Shown: in pieces, positions 1 to 9,390 of the stretch
Position numbering within the stretch: position 1 is the stretch's first letter
Layout of the letters: each line of letters opens with the position of its first letter
Assembly: GCA_944384305.1 (NCBI GenBank)
Contig: CALWSW010000003.1
Location: 1 to 43,153 of the forward strand
Direction: 5' to 3'
Length of the DNA stretch: 43,153 bases
DNA from: an uncultured Christensenellaceae bacterium
GTDB taxonomy: Bacteria > Bacillota > Clostridia > Christensenellales > CALWSW01
Notes under the pieces: generated by a model
What the model was told of the DNA's origin: nothing
What the model saw: the letters and a program-made list of their open reading frames with translations, nothing else
The model's database searches: none
Translations under genes and position numbers: made by a program

Positions 1-674
1 GCCGGCACGAGCCCGGCGGATTCCAGGTTCCCGGTGGAGCGCTGGGTGCCGGTGTCGTAGGTGCGGATGGAGTCGATCTCGTCGTCAAAAAACTCCACGC
101 GGTAGGGGTCGGCCACGGTGCAGGGGAACACGTCTAAAATGCTGCCGGACAGGCGGAACTGCCCGGGCGCTTCCACGCGCTCGACGCGCTCGTAACCGGC
201 GGCGCGCAGGGAGGCGGCGAGCGCCTCGGGGTCGCGGCACTCGCCTGCGCGCAGCGTTGTGCAGGCGCCAAGCAGCGCCTGGGGCGGGGCCAGCCGCTGC
301 AGGGCGGCTTCTGCCGAGCAGGCGACCACGGCGCGGGGGACTGTGAGCAAAGCGCACAGCGCGCGGATGCGGGTGGCCGAAAGCTCGCGGCTGCGGGCAA
401 AGTAGGCGCGCAGCTGCACCTCGCGCGCGGGCAGGAAGAACACGCTTTCGCTCCCCAAGACCGCCGCCAGGCGGTCGGCGGCCTGCGCGGCCTCGCGCTC
501 GGTGGGCAGCACAACAAGGCCGCCGGTGTGCTGCAGCAGGGCGGCCCAAAGGTAGAGCGCGGCCTCTTCGCCCGCGCCGTAGACCGCGGCGGGGCCGTCG
601 CCTTCGCGCAGCGCGCTTTGCAGGCGGGCAAATTCGCCGCTTTGGTCCCAAAGAGAAAGCAGGTGTTCGTTCAT
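1..674 (-). CDS. mfd: Transcription-repair coupling factor, N-terminal part (runs off window start)
   Basis: Manual translation from ATG at 674 (ATGA overlap with pth stop): MNEHLLSLW...AAGYERVERVEAPGQFRLSGSILDVFP...PYRVEFFDDEIDSIRTYDTGTQRS, the UvrB-homology region of Mfd; pth-mfd synteny. Not in ORF track. Confidence 0.93.
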   Translation of the reverse strand, partial: MNEHLLSLWDQSGEFARLQSALREGDGPAAVYGAGEEAALYLWAALLQHTGGLVVLPTEREAAQAADRLAAVLGSESVFFLPAREVQLRAYFARSRELSATRIRALCALLTVPRAVVACSAEAALQRLAPPQALLGACTTLRAGECRDPEALAASLRAAGYERVERVEAPGQFRLSGSILDVFPCTVADPYRVEFFDDEIDSIRTYDTGTQRSTGNLESAGLVP

Positions 675-1312
675 GTTGCAGTGGCGGGGCGGTTTGCCCC
701 TTCGCCCTCGCTGGGGGCGTTTTCGCGCGCTTCCTTTTTGCTGCGCTTTTTGACGTTGTACTTTTGCTGCGCCGCGCCGATGCCCTGGGTGAGCATCAGC
801 TCGACGGCGTCGGCAGCGTGGGAAAGCCCGGCTTCGATCAGCTCGTGTTCTTCCTGGGGAAAGGCCGAGAGCACGTAGTTGGCAAGGTCCCACCCCTTGG
901 GGGGCTTGCCGATGCCGATGCGCACCCGGGGGAAGTCCTCGGTGCCGGTGAGCTGCAAAATGGAGCGCATGCCGTTGTGGGTGCCGGCGCTGCCCCGGGG
1001 ACGGATGCGGATCTCGCCCGCGGGCAGGTCGATGTCGTCGTAAAGGACGATCAGTTCGGACGAGGGGTCGATCTTGTACCAGTTCAGCAGCGCCACCACC
1101 GCCTCGCCCGAAAGGTTCATGTAGGTGATGGGCTTGGCCAGCACCACGCGGTTTGTGCCGATGCGCCCTTCGGCCAGCACGGACTTCAAGGCGGTTTTTT
1201 CAAAGCGCAGGCCGTGGCGCGCGGCGAGCACGTCGAGCGCCAAATACCCGGCGTTGTGCCGGGTGTTGAGGTATTTGCGGTCGGGGTTGCCCAGGCCGGC
1301 GATGACATACAA
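671..1312 (-). CDS. pth: Peptidyl-tRNA hydrolase
   Basis: GLGNP..Y..TRHNAG, KPITYMNLSG, YDDIDL, GSAGTHNG, RVRIGIG motifs; TTG start. Confidence 0.97.
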   Translation of the reverse strand: MYVIAGLGNPDRKYLNTRHNAGYLALDVLAARHGLRFEKTALKSVLAEGRIGTNRVVLAKPITYMNLSGEAVVALLNWYKIDPSSELIVLYDDIDLPAGEIRIRPRGSAGTHNGMRSILQLTGTEDFPRVRIGIGKPPKGWDLANYVLSAFPQEEHELIEAGLSHAADAVELMLTQGIGAAQQKYNVKKRSKKEARENAPSEGEGANRPATAT

Positions 1313-1318
1313 GGGCCC

Positions 1319-2077
1319 TTACCCCCTTTCGCCGCGCGCGCGGCAAATGGCGTCGCAGTGCGCCAGCTCCTCGGGGGTGTTCACGCCCAGGCACTCGTCG
1401 GGGTCGGCGGCGGGCAGGGCCTCCACGCCCATGTTGTGGTCTACAAAGAGCTTGACGCAGTCGGTCAGGTAGTATTCGTTCTGGGCGTTTTCGGTGGTGA
1501 GCTGCCTTAGCGCCCACAGCAGGCGGGGAATGTCCAAACAGTAGACCAGGGTGTTGACTTCACAAATGGCGCGCTCTTTTTCGGTGGCGTCCTTTTGTTC
1601 GACAATGCCTTTGAGCCGGCCCTGTTCGTCGCGCACCACCCGGCCGTAGCCCGTGGGGTCTTTGAGGACGGCGGAGAGGAAGACCAGCGCCGCGCCGGTT
1701 TTTTGCTGTTCGTCCACCAGCGCCTGCAGGGTTTTTTGGGTAAGCAGGGGCATGTCGCCCGCCACCACCAGCGCACAGCCCTCCTTGGGCGCGCCCGTGG
1801 GGGCCTTTAAAAACTCTTCGGCGCACATGACGGCGTGGCCGGTGCCGAGCTGTTCGCGCTGCAGCGCGTAGCGGGCGGCAGGCCCGAGCGCGGCCTGAAG
1901 CTCTTTGGCGCGGTGGCCTACCACCACCACCGGCGGTTCTGCGCCGGGCAGGGCGGCGGCTTCCATCACCCGCCGGATCATGGGCTTGCCGCCCACCTGG
2001 TGCAGCACCTTGGGCAGCGTGGAGCGCATGCGCTTGCCTTCGCCGGCGGCAAGCAGAATGGGTACAATGGTCTTCAT
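1319..2077 (-). CDS. glmU: GlmU-like N-acetylglucosamine-1-phosphate uridyltransferase, N-terminal domain only (252 aa)
   Basis: ILLAAGEGKRMRSTLPKVLH, QLGTGHAV, GDMPLL, PTGYGRVVR, IVEQKDA, QNEYYLTD, GVNT; ends before the hexapeptide acetyltransferase domain. Start chosen at ATG 2077 (GGAGGA SD). Confidence 0.85.
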   Translation of the reverse strand: MKTIVPILLAAGEGKRMRSTLPKVLHQVGGKPMIRRVMEAAALPGAEPPVVVVGHRAKELQAALGPAARYALQREQLGTGHAVMCAEEFLKAPTGAPKEGCALVVAGDMPLLTQKTLQALVDEQQKTGAALVFLSAVLKDPTGYGRVVRDEQGRLKGIVEQKDATEKERAICEVNTLVYCLDIPRLLWALRQLTTENAQNEYYLTDCVKLFVDHNMGVEALPAADPDECLGVNTPEELAHCDAICRARGERG

Positions 2078-2223
2078 AAGATCCTCCGCGGCACAGGGCC
2101 GTTTGAACGAAAAGAGCGCGCCAAAACCTGCCGGGAAAGACTTTTTCCGGCAGGCGGCACGTGGGTTGCGGTTGAAAAAACCAAAGAAAAGGCGCAAAAG
2201 AAAACGCCCTTCTCTGCGGTTTT

Positions 2224-2252
2224 ATTTTAGGAAAAAAGCGCCGGGGTGTCAA
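2224..2252 (-). promoter_or_regulatory. SigA-type promoter for glmU-pth-mfd
   Basis: TTGACA (2252-2247), 17 bp, TAAAAT (2229-2224) on minus strand. Confidence 0.7.
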
Positions 2253-2324
2253 GAAAAGGGGGCCGAACAGGCGGGGCGCCGGCACCTGCCCCTGCGCTCT
2301 TGCCCGCGGCAAAAAGCCGGAGGG

Positions 2325-3155
2325 CTACTTGCTGTTTTCCAGCCAGTCGGCGGGGTGGATGGAGATCTTCTCGTTCTCCTCGTCGATGCCCTCGAGCACC
2401 ATGAGCGTGCGGAAGTCGCGCAAACGGCGCTGGGCCGCGGCCTGCGGTGTGGCCACCAGGCTGCACACCCCCACCACCGTGACGGCGAACTCCTTCATCA
2501 TGTTGCAGATGGCGCCCACCGTGCCGCCGCCCTTTACAAAGTCGTCGACGATGAGGGCCTTCTGCCCTTCGTGCACCGCCCGCCGCGAAAGCGACATGGT
2601 CTGCAGGCGCTTGGAGGAAGTCGAAAGATAATTGAGCGTGACGACCGAACCTTCGGTGACGCGGTTGTCGCGCCGGGCCACCACCAGGCTGCACCCCAGG
2701 GCCTGCGCCGTCATGAGCCCGATGGGCACGCCCTTGGACTCCACGGTGACCACCACGTCCGGCTCGGCGCCGTAGTACTGCGCGGCGAAGATCTCGCCCA
2801 ATTTGCGGATGCAGGAAGGGTCGGAAAAGAGGTCGACGGTGTAAAGGTACCCGCCCGGCAGGATGCGCGCCGGGTCGGAGAGCTTTTCGCACACCGCCTG
2901 CACACAGGCCACGTTGGCCCCGGCCGGGCCGCCCATCAAAAACTTGACGCCGCCGGCCGCGCCGGGCACGGTCTCGATGCGGCCCAGGCCGTTGGCGGCA
3001 AGCACCTTTTTGAGGGCCGCCATGTCTTCGGAAAGCGTGGACTTGGCGCAGCCAAAACGGTCGGCAAATTCTGTGAGCGTGTGCAGTTTGTTGGGCTGCT
3101 GGGAAAGCATCAGCAAAATCATGGCGATGCGCTCGCTGCGCGTGGTCTTGTTCAC
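2325..3155 (-). CDS. purR: Pur operon repressor (wHTH + PRT domain)
   Basis: RSERI, AKSTLSED, GRIETVPGAAGGVKF, RILPGGYLY, VTEGSVVTLNYLS, LIVDDFVKGGGT; likely GTG start at 3155. Confidence 0.95.
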   Translation of the reverse strand: MNKTTRSERIAMILLMLSQQPNKLHTLTEFADRFGCAKSTLSEDMAALKKVLAANGLGRIETVPGAAGGVKFLMGGPAGANVACVQAVCEKLSDPARILPGGYLYTVDLFSDPSCIRKLGEIFAAQYYGAEPDVVVTVESKGVPIGLMTAQALGCSLVVARRDNRVTEGSVVTLNYLSTSSKRLQTMSLSRRAVHEGQKALIVDDFVKGGGTVGAICNMMKEFAVTVVGVCSLVATPQAAAQRRLRDFRTLMVLEGIDEENEKISIHPADWLENSK

Positions 3156-3195
3156 GGTAGGGTCATCCTTTCCGAATATTTTAGATGCTTTTAAT

Positions 3196-3224
3196 ATTAT
3201 AGTTCGTTCACCATGTGCACGCAA
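3196..3224 (-). promoter_or_regulatory. SigA-type promoter for purR
   Basis: TTGCGT (3224-3219), 17 bp, TATAAT (3201-3196). Confidence 0.55.
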
Positions 3225-3294
3225 GGACTTTTGTGGATGTTTTTTCGGTTTTACAAGACAATGTTCGGGGTTTTACAGGCGCGCGGGGCGGGGT

Positions 3295-3323
3295 TTGCAT
3301 GAATGGGCGGCACCGATTATAAT
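3295..3323 (+). promoter_or_regulatory. SigA-type promoter for murC operon
   Basis: TTGCAT (3295-3300), 17 bp, TATAAT (3318-3323). Confidence 0.6.
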
Positions 3324-3402
3324 ATGTAGTGTGTAAGGCTGCCCGCGGCGCGGGAACACTCCGCGCCCCGAATACGGCGCCGCCAGATGGGAGCGAAACA
3401 GC

Positions 3403-4815
3403 ATGGAATACCCGAAGATAGAAACTTATAAAAACGGCCGGATCCACTTTATCGGCATCGGCGGGACGAGCATGCACGGCCTGGCGCTGATGCTCCAGAG
3501 CCTGGGGTATACCGTAACGGGGTCGGACCGCGGCGAGTCCAACTTTACCGAGCGCCTGCAAAAGGCCGGCATTCCCGTGATGATCGGCCAGAAGGAAGAA
3601 AATGTGCAGGGCGCTTCGCTCGTGGTGTTTTCGGCGGCCATCAAGCCCGAAAACCCCGAGCGCGCCGGGGCCAGACGCCTGGGCATCCCCGAATTGGAGC
3701 GCAGCGAGCTGCTGGGGCAGATCAGCGCGCACTACCGCCAGGTGGTGGGCGTGGCGGGCTGCCACGGCAAGACCACCATGAGCTCCATGCTCGCCAAGAT
3801 CGCCATGGACGCCGGGCTCGACCCCACGGTGCACGTGGGCGGGTTTGTGGACCTGCTTGGGGGCGGCGTAAGGCTGGGGCACAGCCCGCTTTTTGTGACC
3901 GAGGCCTGCGAGTACGTGGACAGCTATTTGCACCTGCACCCCACGGTGGAGATCGTGAGCAATATCGACAACGACCACCTGGATTATTTCAAGACCGAAG
4001 AGAACATTTACAAGTCCTTTGAAAGCTACGTTTCGCTTTTGCCCCAAGACGGCCTTCTGATCGTTTGCGCAGACGACGAAAAGGCCGGCCGGCTGGGGCG
4101 GGAAGCAAAGGCGCAGGGCCGCCGGGTGGTGGCCTACGGCATTGGCGCGGGCGACTGGCAGGCAAAAAACATCACCGCCGACCATTTGGGCGACACGGCC
4201 TTTGACGTGCTGCGCGAAGGGGAATTTGCGGCGCACGTGACGCTTTTGGAGCCGGGCGACCACAACGTGAGGAACGCCCTGGCGGCCATAGCGGCCGCGG
4301 CGGAGCTGGGGGTCCTGCCCGAAGCTGCGGCGAAGAGCCTGGAGAGCTATCGCCTGACCCGCCGCCGGTTCGAGCGCATGGGGTCTTTAAAGGGCGCGCG
4401 GGTGTTCCACGACTACGCCCACCACCCGGCCGAGATCGGCGCCTGTTTGCAGGGCGCAAAGTCGGTGTGCGCCGGGCGGGTCATCGCCGTGTTCCAGTGC
4501 AATTCCTACACCCGCGCAAAGACGCTGTTTTCGACCGTGCAGGACCTGCGCGGCTGCTTTGACTGCGCCGCGCTGGTGCTGGTACCGGACATTTACCCCG
4601 GCCGCGAGGTGGATACCGGTTTGGTACACGCCAAAGACATGGTGGCGGCGATCAACGAAAGCGGCGTGAAGGCGGAGTACTTGCCCACCTTTGAGGAGAT
4701 CCGCGCCCGGCTGGACGAAGTGGTGCAGCCGGAGGACGTGGTGGTGACCCTGGGGAGCGGCGACGTTTACAAAAAGACCGCCCTGCTGCTGGACGCCCCG
4801 GCAGAAGGCCGGTGA
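3403..4815 (+). CDS. murC: UDP-N-acetylmuramate--L-alanine ligase
   Basis: IHFIGIGGTSM, GCHGKTT, EACEY, DHLDYF, DYAHHPAEI; divergent from purR as in Clostridia. Confidence 0.96.
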   Translation: MEYPKIETYKNGRIHFIGIGGTSMHGLALMLQSLGYTVTGSDRGESNFTERLQKAGIPVMIGQKEENVQGASLVVFSAAIKPENPERAGARRLGIPELERSELLGQISAHYRQVVGVAGCHGKTTMSSMLAKIAMDAGLDPTVHVGGFVDLLGGGVRLGHSPLFVTEACEYVDSYLHLHPTVEIVSNIDNDHLDYFKTEENIYKSFESYVSLLPQDGLLIVCADDEKAGRLGREAKAQGRRVVAYGIGAGDWQAKNITADHLGDTAFDVLREGEFAAHVTLLEPGDHNVRNALAAIAAAAELGVLPEAAAKSLESYRLTRRRFERMGSLKGARVFHDYAHHPAEIGACLQGAKSVCAGRVIAVFQCNSYTRAKTLFSTVQDLRGCFDCAALVLVPDIYPGREVDTGLVHAKDMVAAINESGVKAEYLPTFEEIRARLDEVVQPEDVVVTLGSGDVYKKTALLLDAPAEGR

Positions 4816-4876
4816 TTTGCAAAAAAGAGCACAGGGCCCGGGGCGGTTTGCCCGCGGCGGGCCAAAGGGAAGTTTT

Positions 4877-5119
4877 ATGCGATTGGATAAATATTTAAAG
4901 GTCTCGCGCATCATTAAGCGCCGCACCGTGGCGAACGAGGCCTGCGACCAGGGCCGCGTGACGCTCAACGGCCGCATGGCCAAGGCCGGCGCCGAGGTGA
5001 AGGTGGGCGATGTGATCGAGCTGAAGCTGGGGGAGCGCACGGTGCGCGCCGAGATCACCAGCGTCACGGAACACGCGCAGAAGGCGGACGCGGCAGAGAT
5101 GTACCGCCTGCTGCCGTGA
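4877..5119 (+). CDS. S4-domain RNA-binding protein (YabO/RqcP/Hsp15-like)
   Basis: MRLDKYLKVSRIIKRRTVANEACDQGRV..NG..AK....VKVGDVI; ATG at 4877. Confidence 0.92.
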   Translation: MRLDKYLKVSRIIKRRTVANEACDQGRVTLNGRMAKAGAEVKVGDVIELKLGERTVRAEITSVTEHAQKADAAEMYRLLP

Positions 5120-6264
5120 AGGCCGGCGCCGTGCTGCTCGCCGCCGGCAAAAGCGAGCGCATGGGCGAGAACAAAATGCTTTTGCCGCTGTGCGGGCGCA
5201 CCGTGCTGGAGCGCAGCTTTTTGACGCTCGCCTCCTGCAAGGGCATTGAGCGCATTGTGTTCGTGGCCTCGCAGGAGACCCGCGCGGCGTGCGAGGCGCT
5301 CGCGGCGGGCTCTGCCATCCCCTGCGCGGTGGTCATGGGGGGCGAAGAGCGGCAGGACTCGGTGCTGAACGGCCTGCGGGTGCTGGGGCGCGCCGAGATC
5401 GCCGTCATCCACGACGGCGCGCGCTGCCTGGCCACCAAAGAGCTCATCGAGGCGTCGATCGAGAGCGCCGGGCGCTACGGCAGCGGCGTGGCGGCCGTTC
5501 CCGCCACCGACACCATCAAGCGCGCCGGCGAAGACCGGGTGGTAGCAGAAACGCTCGACCGCCGGGTGCTCTGGCAGATGCAGACCCCGCAGACCTTCCG
5601 CTACGCCGATATTCTGGAGGCCTACGAAAGCGCCGCCATGCGCGGCGTTTGCGCCACAGACGACGCCGCGCTGCTCGAGGCGGGCGGAAGGGAAGTGCGC
5701 CTGGTGTTGGGCAGCCGTGACAATTTGAAGATCACCACGCCCGAAGATGTGGAGCTTGCGCGCGCATTGCTCGCCAAGCGGGAGGGCGGCCTGCCCATGC
5801 GCACCGGCTGCGGCTACGATGTGCACCAGTTGGCCGCGGGCCGCAAGCTGGTGCTGGGCGGGGTGGAGATCCCCTATGAAAAGGGGCTGTTGGGCCACTC
5901 CGACGCCGACGTGCTGACCCACGCCGTGATGGACGCGCTGCTGGGCGCGGCGGCGCTGGGCGACATTGGCCAGCTCTTCCCCGACACCGACCCCGCCTAC
6001 GAGGGGGCGAACAGCCTGGAGCTGCTTGCCCGGGTGGCGGCGCTGTTAAAGGAAAAGGGGTTTGCGGTGGGAAACGTGGACGCCACCGTTGCGGCCGAGC
6101 GGCCCAAGCTGCTGCCCTACGAACCGGCCATGCGCCAAAACCTTGCGCGGGTGCTGGGCATTTTGCCCGAGCGGGTGAGCGTAAAAGCCACCACCACAGA
6201 GGGCCTGGGCATCGTGGGCGAGGGGCGCGGCATGGCGGCGCAGTGCGTGTGCACCATTTTTTGA
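5116..6264 (+). CDS. ispDF: Bifunctional IspD/IspF (MEP pathway)
   Basis: IspD: LLAAGKSERMG, GGEERQDSV, IHDGAR, QTPQTF, TDDA, NLKITTPED; IspF: GYDVH, GLLGHSDADVLTHA, GDIGQLFPDTD, SVKATTTEGLG. Confidence 0.95.
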   Translation: MKAGAVLLAAGKSERMGENKMLLPLCGRTVLERSFLTLASCKGIERIVFVASQETRAACEALAAGSAIPCAVVMGGEERQDSVLNGLRVLGRAEIAVIHDGARCLATKELIEASIESAGRYGSGVAAVPATDTIKRAGEDRVVAETLDRRVLWQMQTPQTFRYADILEAYESAAMRGVCATDDAALLEAGGREVRLVLGSRDNLKITTPEDVELARALLAKREGGLPMRTGCGYDVHQLAAGRKLVLGGVEIPYEKGLLGHSDADVLTHAVMDALLGAAALGDIGQLFPDTDPAYEGANSLELLARVAALLKEKGFAVGNVDATVAAERPKLLPYEPAMRQNLARVLGILPERVSVKATTTEGLGIVGEGRGMAAQCVCTIF

Positions 6265-6288
6265 CCCCGCCGGCTTGGAGGAGGACGA

Positions 6289-7479
6289 ATGGGAACCTAC
6301 TACGACAAAAAAAGACCGCGTTACAGAAGCGGCAGCGGCCGCCGGGTGCGGCGCATGCGCCGCCGGGGCAGGCCGATCTCCGGCCGGCGGGGCGGGCCGC
6401 TTTTGATCGTCTTTTTGGTGCTGCTCTTTGTGGCCGCCCTGGCGGCGGCGGTCGTGTTTTTGATCGTTCCCATGTTCCAGGGAACGTATGACGGCACCGC
6501 GCCCGAGGTGGTGGCGGCAGAGCCCCTGCCCACCGAGGCCCCGCACACCGTGCAGGTGGTGGAACTGGGCGCGCTGCAGAAGGAGGTGGCGCTTTCGGAC
6601 CGCTACGTGAATTCGCCGTGGGTGGCGGATGGCGCCATGGTGCTGGTGGGCGGCACGGACGACTACGGCAACCCCGCAATGCGCAGCATGTACCTGCTGG
6701 ACCTCGGCGGCGAGGAGAGCGAGCCCACCCGGCTTTCGCTTTCGCCCGAAAACGACGAGTTCTTCCATGTGCGCATGAACGAGCGGTGGATCGTGTACTG
6801 CGACGGCAACAGCGATGAAGGCGGCACGGTGATGGCCTACGAGCGCGCCACGGGCGAGACCCTGCGCGTGAAGGACTACTACGCCGGAGCGCCGGAGCTG
6901 GCGCCCGACGGCGACACGCTTTGCTTTATGGAGCGCACCGGCACCTATATGGACAAGCTTTACGTCTGCGACCTGAACACCTTGGAGTGCGTGGCCGTGG
7001 CGACCTTTGAAGAGAGCGTGTACGGCCAGAGCGAGCCTTCGGCGGCGAACGGCCAGCTGATTTGGGCGGACGGTGGAACAGACGGCGGCAGCGTGATCTG
7101 CTCGCTCGACCTTGAGACGGGCGAACTGGGCAGCTTTGACGCCGGCACCTATGTGCACGACCCCGTGACCAACGGCACGGACTGGGCCTGGATCGACAGC
7201 AACCACGAGGCGGGCGCAAAGCTCTACCTTTCGGTCGCGGGGAGCGAGCCCCAGGTTTTGGCCGAGAACGTGCTGAACTACGGCATTTCGGAAGAGTTCG
7301 TAGCCTACGACAAGGACGGCGCCATTTACGTGTACTTTATAGAAGACGGCTACGAGCAGATCATTACCCCGGCTGCCGAGCGGGGCTGGCTGGCCTGCGT
7401 GGCCAACGGCACGGTGCTGTGGTACGAGACCGGCGTGAGCAGCTCGCGCGATCTGCTGAAATACGCTGTGATCGATTGA
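6289..7479 (+). CDS. Membrane-anchored extracellular protein (basic N-tail, one TM helix, acidic beta-rich, possibly beta-propeller domain)
   Basis: GGAGG SD; Arg-rich N-terminus, hydrophobic LLIVFLVLLFVAALAAAVVFLIV, repeated Y/C-x-x-DL-x-(T/G)G blade-like motifs. Confidence 0.75.
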   Translation: MGTYYDKKRPRYRSGSGRRVRRMRRRGRPISGRRGGPLLIVFLVLLFVAALAAAVVFLIVPMFQGTYDGTAPEVVAAEPLPTEAPHTVQVVELGALQKEVALSDRYVNSPWVADGAMVLVGGTDDYGNPAMRSMYLLDLGGEESEPTRLSLSPENDEFFHVRMNERWIVYCDGNSDEGGTVMAYERATGETLRVKDYYAGAPELAPDGDTLCFMERTGTYMDKLYVCDLNTLECVAVATFEESVYGQSEPSAANGQLIWADGGTDGGSVICSLDLETGELGSFDAGTYVHDPVTNGTDWAWIDSNHEAGAKLYLSVAGSEPQVLAENVLNYGISEEFVAYDKDGAIYVYFIEDGYEQIITPAAERGWLACVANGTVLWYETGVSSSRDLLKYAVID

Positions 7480-7554
7480 AACAATACCGCAGAGAGGGGG
7501 GCGGATGGCCGGCCGCCGCACCCTCTCTGCGCCTTTGCGTTTTAAGGAGTTGAT

Positions 7555-8913
7555 ATGGCGAAGTCTGCATCCTATTACTGCACGGCCTGCGGGTACGAGA
7601 CCGGCAAGTGGCTGGGGCGCTGCCCCTCCTGCGGGGCGTGGAACACCGTTGAAGAGCGCCCTGCCTTGGCTGCGCCCGCCGCCAAAGCAGGGCGGCACGC
7701 CGCGGCGCAGGCCGCGCCGGCGGCCGCCCTGCCGCTCGATCAGATCCGCCCCGACGGCGCGGCCCGCCTGAAGACCGGCCTGGGGGAACTGGACCGCGTG
7801 CTGGGCGGCGGACTGGTAAAGGGCAGCGTGGTGCTGCTGGGCGGCGACCCGGGCATTGGCAAGTCGACGCTTTTGCTGCAGGTGTGCGACGCCCTGGGCG
7901 CGCACGGGCCGGTGCTTTACGCCACGGGCGAAGAGAGCGCCGCGCAGATCCGCCTGCGCGCCCAGCGGCTGGGGATCCAGGGGCGGGGCCTGTTCGTTGC
8001 GGCCGAGACCGACCTGGGGGCCATTTTGGCCGCCGCGCAGGAAAAGGGCTGCCACACGCTCATCGTCGACTCCATTCAAACCGTGTACCGGCCGGAACTG
8101 CCCAATTCCGCCGGTTCGGTAACGCAGATCCGCGAGGCGACCTCGCTTTTGACCCGCGCGGCCAAGCAGACCGGCATGACTGTGGTGATCGTGGGGCACG
8201 TGACCAAAGAGGGTGCGCTGGCCGGGCCGCGGCTGCTGGAGCATTTGGTGGACGCCGTGTTGTATTTTGAAGGCGACCGGTTCGACAGCTTCCGCATCCT
8301 GCGGGCGGTGAAGAACCGCTTTGGCTCCACCAACGAGATCGGGCTGTTCACCATGGGCGAGCGCGGCATGGAGGAAAGCCCCGACCCCAGCGCGCTCTTT
8401 TTGCCCGAGCGCGAGCAGGAGGTGCCGGGGTGCGCGGTGTTTTGTACCATAGAGGGCAGCCGCCCGGTGCTGGCCGAGCTGCAGGCCCTGGCCGCCAAGA
8501 CGGTGTTTGGCAACCCCCGCCGGGCCACCACCGGCCTGGACTACAACCGCCTGACCATGCTCATTGCCGTGCTGGAGCGCAAGCTGGGGGTGAGCTTGGG
8601 GGACCAGGACGTGTACGTGAACATTGCCGGCGGCCTGCGCGTGGAAGAGCGCGCGGCCGATCTGGCCTGTGTGGCGGCGCTGTATTCCTCGGTAAAAAAT
8701 CTGCCCATGCCCAAAAAGACCGCGCTGTTCGGCGAGATCGGCCTGACGGGCGAAGTGCGCGCCGTAGCCGCCGCCGACAAGCGCGCCGCCGAGTGCGCCA
8801 AGCTGGGGTTTGAGCGCATCATTCTGCCCAAGGGCAACCGCGCCGGGATCAGCCTGCCCGTGGAGGTCGTGGGCGTGGCGACGGCGGCAGAGGCGCTGCG
8901 GGCGTTGTTTTAA
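7555..8913 (+). CDS. radA: DNA repair protein RadA/Sms
   Basis: CTACG..WLGRCPSCGAWNT Zn finger, GGDPGIGKSTL, KNRFG motif, Lon-like C-terminal GEIGLTGEVR. Confidence 0.97.
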   Translation: MAKSASYYCTACGYETGKWLGRCPSCGAWNTVEERPALAAPAAKAGRHAAAQAAPAAALPLDQIRPDGAARLKTGLGELDRVLGGGLVKGSVVLLGGDPGIGKSTLLLQVCDALGAHGPVLYATGEESAAQIRLRAQRLGIQGRGLFVAAETDLGAILAAAQEKGCHTLIVDSIQTVYRPELPNSAGSVTQIREATSLLTRAAKQTGMTVVIVGHVTKEGALAGPRLLEHLVDAVLYFEGDRFDSFRILRAVKNRFGSTNEIGLFTMGERGMEESPDPSALFLPEREQEVPGCAVFCTIEGSRPVLAELQALAAKTVFGNPRRATTGLDYNRLTMLIAVLERKLGVSLGDQDVYVNIAGGLRVEERAADLACVAALYSSVKNLPMPKKTALFGEIGLTGEVRAVAAADKRAAECAKLGFERIILPKGNRAGISLPVEVVGVATAAEALRALF

Positions 8914-9157
8914 ACGGATCGTGCCTTTGCGCACAGAAAAAGCGCGGGGGCCGGCGGGCGCTGTTTGCCGGCCGCCCGGCAGCGGGCCTGGGCGCCTTTG
9001 CAGACCAAGCGCAAGGGCGCCCGCGCCCCCATGGCAAAGCAGGCGCCCGCGCTGCCGTGCAGCGCCCCTGTGCGAGGAGGCGAAAGCCCCTCTGGCCTCC
9101 TCCCAGCCCCGCTGCCTGCAAGAACGCAAAAAGGTGGCTGCGGCCTGGATTTTCTTC

Positions 9158-9186
9158 TTGCTTTTTGCCGCGCGCTGCGGTATAAT
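9158..9186 (+). promoter_or_regulatory. tRNA promoter
   Basis: TTGCTT (9158-9163), 17 bp, TATAAT (9181-9186). Confidence 0.65.
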
Positions 9187-9199
9187 ACTTTTTGCGTAT

Positions 9200-9275
9200 G
9201 GGGCATTAGCACAGTTGGTAGCGCGCATCGTTCGCATCGATGAGGTCAGCGGTTCGAATCCGCTATGCTCCACCA
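9200..9275 (+). tRNA. tRNA-Ala(CGC)
   Basis: GGGGCAT acceptor, D-loop TTGGTA, anticodon arm CATCG-TT-CGC-AT-CGATG, T-loop GTTCGAATC, ends ATGCTCC-A-CCA; G3:U70 Ala identity pair. Confidence 0.96.
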
Positions 9276-9355
9276 TTCTCTGCACATGCGAACATTCAGT
9301 TGTGTTGTACATGATAGATGGGATGTTCGTACTGGAGTTTCCGTTCAAGGGAAGC

Positions 9356-9390
9356 AAAAGACCCTCGGCCAAGTAAGCCGAGGGTCTTTT
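9356..9390. terminator. Bidirectional rho-independent terminator
   Basis: Perfect 14-bp inverted repeat AAAAGACCCTCGGC-caagtaa-GCCGAGGGTCTTTT between convergent tRNA and phage late genes. Confidence 0.9.

Noticed and set aside
85-651. ORF-track ORFs 85-651 and 134-631
   Set aside because: Wrong frames; the real gene is mfd in the third minus frame, open to the window edge.
5116-6264. IspD-IspF fusion as a novelty
   Set aside because: Bifunctional IspDF is well known in many bacteria.
8914-9150. GC-rich intergenic region with short hairpins (ncRNA?)
   Set aside because: No recognisable RNA family or second copy seen; hairpins are expected by chance at this GC.
6046-9372. 1108-aa minus-strand ORF, and similar long antisense ORFs (4387-5922, 15772-17142, 25638-27053)
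   Set aside because: Shadow frames of well-supported opposite-strand genes in GC-rich DNA; no recognisable motifs; one even spans the tRNA.
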